A stretch of DNA of 64,000 nt from a virus (IMGVR_UViG_3300025676_000004:1-64000); one strand, 5' to 3'. Counted from the first letter of the stretch, positions 25,719 through 35,692 are shown. Notes: generated from the letters alone by a model not told the origin. Numbers and translations: made by a program.

Positions 25719-28700
25719 TGCCAATTTTAAACATCCCAGATACAATTGATATTGATTTTGATGCCTTAACAAACGAGCAACGAAATGCTATTCAATTGAT
25801 TATGGAAGGTGAAGGATTAAAAAACCCATTAGCAAAGAAAATAAAAGAATGCACAGATTTAGTTGAACAACAAATTTCTCTTATTGAAGAATTTAATTTA
25901 GTAGAAGTTGGAATAAACGAGCAACAAAGAACAGATTTAGTATTTCTCTTAACTGCATTAAATATTGCCTTTGAAGAATTACGATTGTTTAGTGATAAAA
26001 TATCAGGAAGTTCCAAAGGAACTCTTAATGATTTCTTTGAACGATTGAGTGTGGCGGGCACTTACACAAGAATTATGAAATCCATAAGTGGCAAAGATGA
26101 AGAAAAATATTCTTATATCTTTGATGTGGTTATGGGTGGTGGGGATTTATGTTTAGACAGAGTATTGAAACATTTAAGTTGTAATGACACAGCAACAAAT
26201 ACTGTATGTGGAAACTTAGATGCAGGTGCAGGTATTGTTGGATTGTCACAGTATATTAGGAATAATCCTTCTGATATTATTAGCATTATTACTTGTTTGA
26301 TTCCTTCCATTATAGAATGTGTTCGTAACTTAACAGACGATGACAAATACTGCAAAGCAAGACAAATTATTGATAGGTATGCTATCGGTGAAAAGATTTC
26401 TAGTGATATTTTAAATGACCCATTATACAACGAAGTAATTAAACAAGTCGTTGGTAGTTATGAATTAAAACAATCGTTACTAGAATTAGAAAGAGAAATT
26501 GAAGCAACAGATTTTGCAACAAGAACCACTTCAAAGTTTTTTAAGGAGTTCCCCTACGAACCACCTGTTCCACAATCAAACACAGAAAATTTAGATGATA
26601 ATTGTGATGGGTGTTGCGAAGTAAGTGTAAAATTTGAACCACTTGAATTTGACTGTACAAGAAATATTATATTTGTAGGTCCTACAGGACCGCCAGGAAG
26701 AAATAAAGATGCTCCTGCTGGTCCTGTAGGACCTCCAGGTCCTACAGGTGAATGTGATTGTCAACCTATTATTCTTGGGGCGTGTTGTATTGGTGTGAGT
26801 TGTTTGGAAGCAACACAAAATCAATGTTCATATTATGGTGGTGATTATTATGGGGATGGTACTTCTTGTACTCAAGTATTTTGTTCTGATGGTTCTAATT
26901 GTGAAACCGATTTACATTGTACATATCCTCAAATTTGTTGTGATGGAGAATGTACAACTCCTTGCTCCTCTGAGTTTGGTGGTGGTTGTCCACCCTGTCC
27001 AGAATGTCCAGATGAACAATTTTCTTGTGGTGGTGAATGTTGTAGTGGTTGTTGTGTATGGGGTGGTGAAAGTTTTATATGTGAAGACTGTGGGGGGAAT
27101 AATCATTCTTGTTGTGGTGCTGATGGTTGTTGTCCAAATGATAAATGTTGTGGTAATGTGTGTTGTGAAGGAACACAAATATGTTGCCGAGGTCAATGTC
27201 ACGATATAACTGATATCGAATGTTGCGGTGAATATGATAACTTTGAACCTTGCAGTAATGGATATGATGTTGAATGTTGTCCAGAAGGTGAATGTTGTTT
27301 TGATGATGACGGTAAACCTATGTGTTGTGATGATTGTTGTCATGGTGCATGTTGCAATGATAATCAACAATGTTGCACACATTCAATAACAAATGATGTT
27401 TCTCGTTGTTGTCCGTTAAATCATTGTTGCTGTGAAGGTATTGATGCAGAGGGAAATCCATTTCTATCGTGTTGCGATGATAATCATATTTGTTGTAATG
27501 GACAATGCATAATAAACACATCTGAAGATTTTAGACATTGCAATCCTGATTATTGTACATCAAATGAAAAATGCAAAGAACCTTGTTATGACCAATTAAG
27601 GGATGAAGTTGCTTGTTGTATGCATTGGGAAACTTGTTGTGGTGGTGAATGTTTCAATACAACAGACGATACAAGAGAAGATTATGTTGGGGAGTGGTTT
27701 ACTTGTTGTCAAAATGATATAGAAAACTCACCACATTTTGGTGAATGGAAAGGTTGTATATTTGGATGTTGTCCTTTTCCAAATTGGCAAACAGGAGAAA
27801 TTGTTTGTCGGAGTGGTCCTGGCAATGTATTTGAAGGAAGCAGACCGGGTGATTGCGGAACATCCAATGGTACTTGTGCGGATTGTCCTTGTCCTTGTTG
27901 GTGTTCTTGTAATACTGATGGTTTTGGTGGTGGTTGGATGGACGAAGAAGGTTTCGGTTGTAAAAAGTGGTGTCATATAACCGATTCTGGTGAAAATTAT
28001 TGCGAAGCGGGCGGTTGTCCCGATTGGGATGATATGTATATTCCAAGAGATACTAGTAATTGTTTACTTGAATGTTATAACCCAGACCCAGACGGTGAAT
28101 TGTGGCACTGGCACTTAGAGGGATGCGAGGTGATATGTGGTCCTTCGTTTGACGGACCAGAATGTGAAGAGATAGGATGTGACCCATACAATTCGCCGTG
28201 TGCGCCCTGTAATATTGCTGATTGGGAAAATAGCACAGGGTGTTGTGTTCCTTCAGGCCTTGCAGAGGGTGGGGATTGTGGAGATTTGCAGTGCGGGATT
28301 ATTCCCGCATATAGAAAATGTTGCCCGGCAGAAAAAGAAATGTGTGGGAGAATAGCAGGTGGATTTGGTGGTCCCTGTACTGACTTTGAATGTTGCAGTA
28401 CAAGATGCTATAGCACCAAGTATGATAATCAATCGGATGCTTGTCCAACTGATGGTGGAATTGGTGGTGAGGATATTTCATATTATCATGGTGGTTGTTG
28501 CCCGTGTCCTTGGGAAAAAACTGTACCTTCTGATTTGTGTCCAAATTCTATGCCTTGCTCTATGGACTGTACTCCAGATGGTGGGCATGAATTTAGAAAT
28601 TTTGGTGGGGATGGAGATAATTTTAGGGGAGATGGAACAACAAAATGGAATGACTTGTTTAACATCTCAAATATTAAAGATGAATATGATATACAAGGTA

Positions 28701-29175
28701 GGTTTATAAAAACAAGTGCTACAGGAACAAGAAAAACAAAAAAAGAAGTTACAGGATTAGGCAATGAACTTGCCGAAGATGTGCCGTTAGCAAAACCAAA
28801 CACACAACCATCAATGACAGCGAATATACAATTCCAAATTGTAAATTTTGTTGCAGATGATGGTATTAAGAGTGTACCTAGGTCGTATGCGAGTCAGTCC
28901 AATCCATCGGAAGAAGTACAATCGAATATTTCTGTTGCAGAATTAAGAGATACTGAAGATTTAGGTAAAGCAGGGTTTGAAGGATTTGGAACTTCTGCTA
29001 AGACAATTAAAGGTTCTATGACGGTTTCTATTCATTCTGATGGAACAATAGGAAACTCACCACTAATATCTTTTGTTAATGGTTCAAATATTAGACTTGA
29101 TACAAATGAAGCATCCAATATTATTAGAATATCTGTAGATGACTTAAATCTTTTTGAATTGGTTGATGTTGATGC
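24756..29175 (+). repeat. Patchwork near-identical DNA shared by the two Cys-rich paralogues (24756-25096 vs 28835-29175)
   Basis: Three near-identical patches at a constant offset of 4079 bp, separated by diverged segments. Confidence 0.9.
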
Positions 29176-29854
29176 ATCTTCTCCAACCAATGAAGATATA
29201 TTGCGATTTGATATTGAAGATTTAAAATGGAAATCATCAAATGATATTCCAGTTGGACCAAAGGGACCTACTGGTGCAATGAAATCACAATACATTGACA
29301 ATGATTATGGTATTCTTTACAATCTAGACGAATTGGGAAAACCAGTGCTTGCAGGCACAACTTCCGATTTTACTTATAATCCATTTCCAGATTATCAACA
29401 TTCCATAGTTGGAATAACTGCATCTGTAGAATTTAATAGTGGATTTACAGGTAGTGGAACTTCATATATTAATTATAACGAATTCAATAGAGCAACATTT
29501 AAAGATACATCGGAAGTATTCTCCCCCACCGCATTCTCTAATGGAGAAACTGCCGGTCAAGCAGTGGTAGATTTTGGAGATGGTAATGTTCAATATGCTA
29601 TTGGAACAGGTGATGGTGCAAGTACACATAAAATAGCGTTAGTGAATCCACCACCATCAGGAATTGCGGGAACTGCAACTTTAATTATTACAAATGGCGG
29701 TCAATTAACACAAACATTATTTGCAGAAAATGCAATTTGGCCTGGTGGTATAGAACCAACACTATCTAGTAATGGAATAGATATATTGTCATTCCTTACA
29801 GTTGACGGTGGAACAACTTATTATGGTTTCCTTAACGGAACGGATATGATTTAG
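25718..29854 (+). CDS. Giant Cys-rich tail-fibre-like protein 2 (paralogue of 21180)
   Basis: Same architecture; shared LTNEQRNAI and QFQIVNFVADDGIKSVPR...DDLNLFELVD blocks. Confidence 0.75.
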   Translation: MPILNIPDTIDIDFDALTNEQRNAIQLIMEGEGLKNPLAKKIKECTDLVEQQISLIEEFNLVEVGINEQQRTDLVFLLTALNIAFEELRLFSDKISGSSKGTLNDFFERLSVAGTYTRIMKSISGKDEEKYSYIFDVVMGGGDLCLDRVLKHLSCNDTATNTVCGNLDAGAGIVGLSQYIRNNPSDIISIITCLIPSIIECVRNLTDDDKYCKARQIIDRYAIGEKISSDILNDPLYNEVIKQVVGSYELKQSLLELEREIEATDFATRTTSKFFKEFPYEPPVPQSNTENLDDNCDGCCEVSVKFEPLEFDCTRNIIFVGPTGPPGRNKDAPAGPVGPPGPTGECDCQPIILGACCIGVSCLEATQNQCSYYGGDYYGDGTSCTQVFCSDGSNCETDLHCTYPQICCDGECTTPCSSEFGGGCPPCPECPDEQFSCGGECCSGCCVWGGESFICEDCGGNNHSCCGADGCCPNDKCCGNVCCEGTQICCRGQCHDITDIECCGEYDNFEPCSNGYDVECCPEGECCFDDDGKPMCCDDCCHGACCNDNQQCCTHSITNDVSRCCPLNHCCCEGIDAEGNPFLSCCDDNHICCNGQCIINTSEDFRHCNPDYCTSNEKCKEPCYDQLRDEVACCMHWETCCGGECFNTTDDTREDYVGEWFTCCQNDIENSPHFGEWKGCIFGCCPFPNWQTGEIVCRSGPGNVFEGSRPGDCGTSNGTCADCPCPCWCSCNTDGFGGGWMDEEGFGCKKWCHITDSGENYCEAGGCPDWDDMYIPRDTSNCLLECYNPDPDGELWHWHLEGCEVICGPSFDGPECEEIGCDPYNSPCAPCNIADWENSTGCCVPSGLAEGGDCGDLQCGIIPAYRKCCPAEKEMCGRIAGGFGGPCTDFECCSTRCYSTKYDNQSDACPTDGGIGGEDISYYHGGCCPCPWEKTVPSDLCPNSMPCSMDCTPDGGHEFRNFGGDGDNFRGDGTTKWNDLFNISNIKDEYDIQGRFIKTSATGTRKTKKEVTGLGNELAEDVPLAKPNTQPSMTANIQFQIVNFVADDGIKSVPRSYASQSNPSEEVQSNISVAELRDTEDLGKAGFEGFGTSAKTIKGSMTVSIHSDGTIGNSPLISFVNGSNIRLDTNEASNIIRISVDDLNLFELVDVDASSPTNEDILRFDIEDLKWKSSNDIPVGPKGPTGAMKSQYIDNDYGILYNLDELGKPVLAGTTSDFTYNPFPDYQHSIVGITASVEFNSGFTGSGTSYINYNEFNRATFKDTSEVFSPTAFSNGETAGQAVVDFGDGNVQYAIGTGDGASTHKIALVNPPPSGIAGTATLIITNGGQLTQTLFAENAIWPGGIEPTLSSNGIDILSFLTVDGGTTYYGFLNGTDMI

Positions 29855-29861
29855 GAGAATT

Positions 29862-30578
29862 ATGTTAGGAGCAGGTAGAGCAGTAAGTACAAGACAATAT
29901 CAACTTCTCGATACTCAAACTTATACAAGTACAGGAAGTCAAACTTATACAATTCCATCAGGAACGATTTATATTGAAATTGAATTTTGGGGAAGTGGTG
30001 GTGGTGGTGCCGCAAGGAGTCAAACAGGAAGTGGTCGTGGTGCAACACAATATTCAGGCGGTGGTGGGGGTGGTGGAGCATACTGCAAGAAAACATATTA
30101 TGGTAATGAAGATATGCAATCTGGTGATACATTAACAATGCAAGTTGGTGCGGGTGGATTGGGTGGAACATCACAGGGAGATGTGGGTGATGATGGGGAT
30201 GAAACAACATTAGATTTTCATAAGAGAGATACCACAATAATAACAACTATCGGTACTGAAGCGGGCGGCGGCGAAGGCGGTAATATAGGGTCGGGTGGTG
30301 GAGAAGGTGGTGCCGGTGGTGTAGCATTGTTTGGAGATATAAACACAGAGGGCAATGATGGTGAAGATTTTCAAGGAATTGATGGTGGTGATGGTGGAGC
30401 AGGAGCAAATCCTGATGGTGGTGCAGGTGGTGCGGGTGCCAAACTGGTCGGTTCAATAAATGCAGGAGTAGGAACTCAACCAGGCGGTGGTGGTGGTGGT
30501 GGATGTAAAGGTGGCGCCGCCAATAGATGGGGTGGTAATGGTGCAGATGGAAAAATGATAGTAAGGAGTTATGGATAA
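29862..30578 (+). CDS. Glycine-rich protein, possible gp38-like adhesin
   Basis: IEFWGSGGGG, SGGGGGGGAY, VGAGGLGG, GGNGADGKMIVRSY poly-Gly loops; follows the fibre genes. Confidence 0.65.
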   Translation: MLGAGRAVSTRQYQLLDTQTYTSTGSQTYTIPSGTIYIEIEFWGSGGGGAARSQTGSGRGATQYSGGGGGGGAYCKKTYYGNEDMQSGDTLTMQVGAGGLGGTSQGDVGDDGDETTLDFHKRDTTIITTIGTEAGGGEGGNIGSGGGEGGAGGVALFGDINTEGNDGEDFQGIDGGDGGAGANPDGGAGGAGAKLVGSINAGVGTQPGGGGGGGCKGGAANRWGGNGADGKMIVRSYG

Positions 30579-30865
30579 TGCCAAAAGTTCATAGAAAAGG
30601 GGATATGGGAACAGGTCACGGATGTTTTCCGCCAAGGGCAAGTGTGCAAGGTTCACCAAATGTATATGCAAATAATATTCAAGTGCATAGAGTAACCGAT
30701 GCTTGGGCAACACATTGTTGTGATAAATGCCACGGTTCTAAATTGTGTGATGGTTCACCAAATGTATTTGCCAATAATTTGAAAGTTGGTAGAAAAGGTG
30801 ACCCAGTTTGTTGTGGTTCAAGATGTGCAGAACATTCTCCAGATGTTATTGCTAATGGACCATAA
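30578..30865 (+). CDS. PAAR-domain spike tip protein (gp5.4-like)
   Basis: VHRKGD..TGH.CFPP...GSPNV..N, VGRKGDPV.CGS. Confidence 0.92.
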   Translation: MPKVHRKGDMGTGHGCFPPRASVQGSPNVYANNIQVHRVTDAWATHCCDKCHGSKLCDGSPNVFANNLKVGRKGDPVCCGSRCAEHSPDVIANGP

Positions 30866-30914
30866 CCTTTATACATATAATACACTGTAAACTAGATAAC
30901 ATGTTAGGAAATGT

Positions 30915-31577
30915 ATGGTTGACAACAATGTAGGGGATATAGACATTATTGGTTCTTGGGTAGAAATTGGAATGGTAATAACGGCGCTTGTAGCAGGTGT
31001 ATTTCTTGCCGTTCCTATTATTAGGCAAGTGTTGAAAAGTAGAAAAAACAAAAGACATTTTTGGAAAGAAATGCCTACTTCAACAGCATTTGTCAATATT
31101 CACACAAAAATTCACGAGCATCTAACAGAACTCCGTGTTTTAAATGAGTCTGCTAGAACTAATGTAATGCAATTTCACAATGGTGGAAGTTTCTTAGATG
31201 GAACTCCAATGAAAAGAATTTCTCTAACTCATGAATCTTGCAGAAGTGGTGTTTCTGAAACTAGAACAGAAAGACAAGATGTTCTGCTTACAATGTTTTC
31301 AGAAATGTTAGAATTGATAGCATATAATGATGCTACTCCCATTTTAACTTCTCAACTACCTGATTGTCACTATAAAAGACATTTGGAATCAAATAATATA
31401 ATTATGTTTTCTATAGCGCCTATTAGAAACGCCACAGGTCTTGCAGTAATTGGTTGTTTATGTGTAGAATGGTGTTCTTGGATGAAAGCAGATGAAAGCA
31501 TAGAAGAAGATGTAGTGGTGCTTGTGGAAGAAAAACGAAGATATATTGAGGCAGAACTGGCAATTCAGAATACATAG
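30915..31577 (+). CDS. Single-TM protein with a GAF-like domain (holin T-like candidate)
   Basis: One hydrophobic helix (IGMVITALVAGVFLAVPII), then QFHNGG, THES, IAPI..GLAVIGCLCVEW; own TATACATA at 30870-30877. Confidence 0.5.
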   Translation: MVDNNVGDIDIIGSWVEIGMVITALVAGVFLAVPIIRQVLKSRKNKRHFWKEMPTSTAFVNIHTKIHEHLTELRVLNESARTNVMQFHNGGSFLDGTPMKRISLTHESCRSGVSETRTERQDVLLTMFSEMLELIAYNDATPILTSQLPDCHYKRHLESNNIIMFSIAPIRNATGLAVIGCLCVEWCSWMKADESIEEDVVVLVEEKRRYIEAELAIQNT

Positions 31578-31580
31578 TAT

Positions 31581-31970
31581 ATGGCAACTAATAAAAGATA
31601 TTCCGATTTAGACCTAGACTTAACACCCCATCCAATATCGGGTGACATTTCTGTTAAATATGATATTGAAGCAGTGAAGAGGTCTGTTCGTAATCTTGTG
31701 TTTATGGGGATACATGAAAAACCATTCCACCCTGAAATTAGGTCAGAAATTCGCAAATTACTATTTGAGAACTTTACACCAATTACTGCTTTTGAAATTG
31801 AAAAAGAAATTGAAGATATAATTTTACAATACGAACCAAGAGCAAAACTAGAAGGAGTTGATGTTATACAAATGGATGACAATAACCGATTGGATGTAAC
31901 TATAAAATTTAAAGTTATAGGTTTTCCATCATCATATAGTATATCATTGCCTCTTGAGAGGATACGATAA
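31581..31970 (+). CDS. gp25: Baseplate wedge subunit gp25
   Basis: YSDLDL, AVKRSVRNLV, EKPFHPEI, LLFEN, YEPRAKL. Confidence 0.93.
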   Translation: MATNKRYSDLDLDLTPHPISGDISVKYDIEAVKRSVRNLVFMGIHEKPFHPEIRSEIRKLLFENFTPITAFEIEKEIEDIILQYEPRAKLEGVDVIQMDDNNRLDVTIKFKVIGFPSSYSISLPLERIR

Positions 31971-33829
31971 TGGCAGACAAATTTAACGCTAAACTATCTG
32001 TTTCAGATTTAGACTTTGATACAATCAAAGCAAATTTAAAAGAATTCTTGAGTGAACAAGAACAATTCAAAGATATTAACTTTGAAGGTTCGGGTATCAA
32101 TGTTCTTTTAGATTTGCTTGCATATAATACACACTATCAGGGATTCTATACCAATATGGTTGCGAATGAAATGTTCCTCGACAGTGCTGTTCGTAGAGAT
32201 TCGATTGTTTCTCTTGCAAAACATCTTGGTTATACTCCGAATTCTATTACTGCTCCAACAGCAGTTGTGGATATTTACAATCCTACCGCATCACTTACCG
32301 ATACCATTCCAATTGGAACTATCATTAAAGGTACGCAAGGAGAGAAAACATATAACTTCTCATTAACAGAAAGTGTTGGATATACTTTGGACAGTGCTGG
32401 TCTAACCGCCGCAACAAATATATCAGTTCGTGAAGGTAAAATCGAAACACTTTCTTATGTGTTCACCGATAAAAATACAAATCTAAAATATGTTCTTCCT
32501 AAAAATGCAGACACTTCTACATTAACTGTTAGAGTTCAAACATCTATCAGTGATAACACTGGATATACGGATACTTGGTCACTAGCAACAGATTTGAACA
32601 GCATTGAAAAAACAGATAAAGCGTATCATATTCAAGAAATTGAAAATGGTGAGTTTGAAGTATATTTCGGTGATAATATCGTTGGTAAAAAACCAGACAA
32701 CAACAATGTAATAATCTTACAATATTTAAATACAAGTGGTCCACTTTCAAATGGTATAGGAAGTGCAGACAAAGAAGGTGCTAGAGTATTCACATATTCT
32801 GGTACAACGGTTAAAGTTGTTTCTGCATCTTCTGGTGGTGATGTTGCGGAAAGTAATAAATCAATCAAGTATTATGCTCCGAAATCATATCAAGCACAAG
32901 ACCGTTCTGTAACTTCAAGAGATTATGAAGCATTATTATTAAAAGATTACCCCGACATTGAATCCGTTTATGTTTGGGGTGGTCAAGACAACGACCCACC
33001 AGAATATGGTAAAGTATTCATTTCACTTAAACCAAAAAGTGGTTTGACCATTGACGAAACAAATAAAGAATCAATCAAAAAAGATATTCTCAAAAAGAAA
33101 AATATCATTTCTGTAACACCTGAAATTGTTGATGCAGATTTCATTTATCTTTTAATGGAAAGTGTCATTACTTATGATTCTTCCAAAACAATTCTAGACA
33201 AAAAATCAATTGAAGGTTTGGTCAATACAACTATTATTGATTATGTTGATAATGATTTAGAAAAATTCGATAAGGATTTATATTTTTCAAAACTTACAGG
33301 ATTGATAGACGGAGTAAGTAATTCAATTGTCGGTAATGATACAAAAATTAAACTACAAAACAGATTCGCACCAACTGTGGGTGTAACAGCAAATTATACT
33401 GTGAACTTTAGCAATTCCTTATATCATCCACACGAAGGTCATATGCCAATATTAGAAAGTTCCTCTTTCAAATATAAAGATGACGATAATAATGAAATAG
33501 ATGCGTATCTGGATGATGATGGTAAAGGTAATATACGATTATACAAATATAATACCCTTTCAGAAAAAGTATTTGTATATTATGATAATACTTCTATTGG
33601 TACAATTGACTATGGTACGGGAATTCTTAAATTTTCCAATTTTAGACCATTATCATTTATTAATGATTCAAATATTAAACTAAATGTATCATTGCAACAT
33701 AAGGATATATTTGCAAATAGAAGTAACATTCTAACAATAGATAAAAATGATTCAAGTGCTATGATTTTATCTGTTAAAAATATAACAGACACAAGCAACA
33801 GACCTGGAACAAGTTCATACAACCAATGA
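31970..33829 (+). CDS. gp6: Baseplate wedge subunit gp6
   Basis: LDFDTIKANL, FEGSG..LLDLLAYNTHY, NEMFLDSA, QDRSVTSRDY, PPEYGKVFIS. Confidence 0.95.
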   Translation: MADKFNAKLSVSDLDFDTIKANLKEFLSEQEQFKDINFEGSGINVLLDLLAYNTHYQGFYTNMVANEMFLDSAVRRDSIVSLAKHLGYTPNSITAPTAVVDIYNPTASLTDTIPIGTIIKGTQGEKTYNFSLTESVGYTLDSAGLTAATNISVREGKIETLSYVFTDKNTNLKYVLPKNADTSTLTVRVQTSISDNTGYTDTWSLATDLNSIEKTDKAYHIQEIENGEFEVYFGDNIVGKKPDNNNVIILQYLNTSGPLSNGIGSADKEGARVFTYSGTTVKVVSASSGGDVAESNKSIKYYAPKSYQAQDRSVTSRDYEALLLKDYPDIESVYVWGGQDNDPPEYGKVFISLKPKSGLTIDETNKESIKKDILKKKNIISVTPEIVDADFIYLLMESVITYDSSKTILDKKSIEGLVNTTIIDYVDNDLEKFDKDLYFSKLTGLIDGVSNSIVGNDTKIKLQNRFAPTVGVTANYTVNFSNSLYHPHEGHMPILESSSFKYKDDDNNEIDAYLDDDGKGNIRLYKYNTLSEKVFVYYDNTSIGTIDYGTGILKFSNFRPLSFINDSNIKLNVSLQHKDIFANRSNILTIDKNDSSAMILSVKNITDTSNRPGTSSYNQ

Positions 33830-33840
33830 TGGAATAATAT

Positions 33841-35673
33841 ATGTCAATACTTGTACTATTAAAAACCGCAGGAGATTCTTCAACAGCATTATCCGATTTA
33901 ACAATCAAAAAGGATAGTGTTCTTGGTATTTCTTCGTTGGTTGCCGAACAAGTTCCAGATTTTGTTCGAGTGGACCATCCCAGAATGGTAACATTTATGG
34001 AAGCATATTATGAATGGATGGAACAAAAAAATGAAACACTTCATAGTACATTTGTTCTTAGGGATTTTGCAGATGTAGATGATACTATAAGTAATTTTAT
34101 AAAACACTTCAAGACACAATATCTTGACAGATTCCCGCAAAGTCTTGCTTATGACCAAAATACAAATTCCGCAGTCGATGAAAAAAGACTAATTAAGCGT
34201 ATTAAAGAATTCTATAGAGCAAAGGGTACAGAAAAGTCATATAAACTTCTCTTTAAAATTCTTCAAGATGCAACAATTACAGATTTCTATTATCCAAAAA
34301 CAGATATTGTAAAATCATCTAATGGTAAATGGATAGAGAATAAAAGTATTAAAGTTTCCTTAACAAATAAAGACGAAATTTGGAATGCAAAAAACACCAC
34401 AATTGTCCAAAAATCAGAAGCGGGTGAAGTTTTTGCAACTGGAACAGTTCGTGGTGTAAGAAGATATGAAACACAATCTTCTACAGTGGCAGAATTAGTA
34501 ATTGATGAAATTAATGGTAAGTTCCGAGTAAACAAAAATGTACATTTTGATGTTGGTGGAAATACTGCTGAGTTTACTGAAAGTACATATTCAGTAATTG
34601 AAAATATAAAAACCTACAATGATAAAGGTGATAATCCTGTAAGGGGAAGTGGATATAAAATAGGAGAGAAAGTGACACTCTCAAATGCAACAGGCGGAAC
34701 AGATGCATTTGGTTTAATTTCTGAAATTGATGGTAAAGGTGGAATCATATCTGTTGAAATTATAAACTCTGGTATATCTTATAAAGATACCGACCCGATA
34801 ACTTTTAATGTTGCATCTTTGGGTGGAACTGGCGCAGGACTTACTGCATCTATTGGTGCAATGACATCATATAGTGGATACTATTTCAACACACAAGGTC
34901 AACCAAGTTCCAATAAGAGAATGTTTGATAATTATTTTTACCAAGACTTCTCATATGAAATAAAAACAAACATTGCATTAAAATCATATAAGGATACTAT
35001 CTTAGATTTAGTTCATCCTTCTGGAACAAAATTGTTCAATATGATGTTGATGAAAAATACTCATCCTGTATCTACAAAATATAAAACGACAGCAAAACCC
35101 TTTGAGATTTCTATTCTTGGTCACTATACTCCCTATACTTGGAATACCGCAGAAAATCTACGGCATAATAGTCAGAGTGTGGACTTATACCCAGTTGGTT
35201 ATAATCCAACCATAGGAACTGTAAATGAATCTGGTGCTACTGCACATTCTGGAACTACAGCAAGTGGTAGGAGTGGTTCTTATTGGGGATTGGTTTATAA
35301 TGATTATGCGGGACGAACATCACAAAACGATAGCAACACGGGCGGAAATACATTTGCATATGATTTGGGGGTCGGTGGTACTTGGGATGCAGGGACAACA
35401 GGACCACTTTGGTATTTAAGTCAAGGTATATTCTTCACAGCAGGAACAGGTGGAGCATCAGCCTCATATGAATTTCTTGGAACTGCCGATGCAGGTGACT
35501 TTGATAATAACGGTTCATATTGGGTGATATATCCCCACCCAAATATAAGAGGCATAGATAATATACCATCTGGGTGTAGTTTTTCCGCAGTTAAGATGAA
35601 TCCATTCTTCTATATTGATAGAGGAGAAACTGGTGGAATCGAAACGGAATTTTCAACTAATACACCTACATAG
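33841..35673 (+). CDS. Baseplate wedge initiator gp7-like
   Basis: QVPDFVR, FMEAYYEW, IKEFYRAKGTEKSYKLLF, DNYFYQDFSYEIK, VHPSG; between gp6 and gp8. Confidence 0.75.
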   Translation: MSILVLLKTAGDSSTALSDLTIKKDSVLGISSLVAEQVPDFVRVDHPRMVTFMEAYYEWMEQKNETLHSTFVLRDFADVDDTISNFIKHFKTQYLDRFPQSLAYDQNTNSAVDEKRLIKRIKEFYRAKGTEKSYKLLFKILQDATITDFYYPKTDIVKSSNGKWIENKSIKVSLTNKDEIWNAKNTTIVQKSEAGEVFATGTVRGVRRYETQSSTVAELVIDEINGKFRVNKNVHFDVGGNTAEFTESTYSVIENIKTYNDKGDNPVRGSGYKIGEKVTLSNATGGTDAFGLISEIDGKGGIISVEIINSGISYKDTDPITFNVASLGGTGAGLTASIGAMTSYSGYYFNTQGQPSSNKRMFDNYFYQDFSYEIKTNIALKSYKDTILDLVHPSGTKLFNMMLMKNTHPVSTKYKTTAKPFEISILGHYTPYTWNTAENLRHNSQSVDLYPVGYNPTIGTVNESGATAHSGTTASGRSGSYWGLVYNDYAGRTSQNDSNTGGNTFAYDLGVGGTWDAGTTGPLWYLSQGIFFTAGTGGASASYEFLGTADAGDFDNNGSYWVIYPHPNIRGIDNIPSGCSFSAVKMNPFFYIDRGETGGIETEFSTNTPT

Positions 35674-35692
35674 GTGATATGGAGAGGTTTTA

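Noticed and set aside
22123-28803. Many overlapping His/Thr/Val-rich ORFs in other frames
   Set aside because: Artefacts of repetitive TGT/GGT codons in the Cys-rich genes
24756-29175. Paralogue repeat as a diversity-generating retroelement TR/VR pair
   Set aside because: Mismatches are not adenine-specific (C/T changes occur), both copies are coding and mid-gene, and there is no reverse transcriptase in the window
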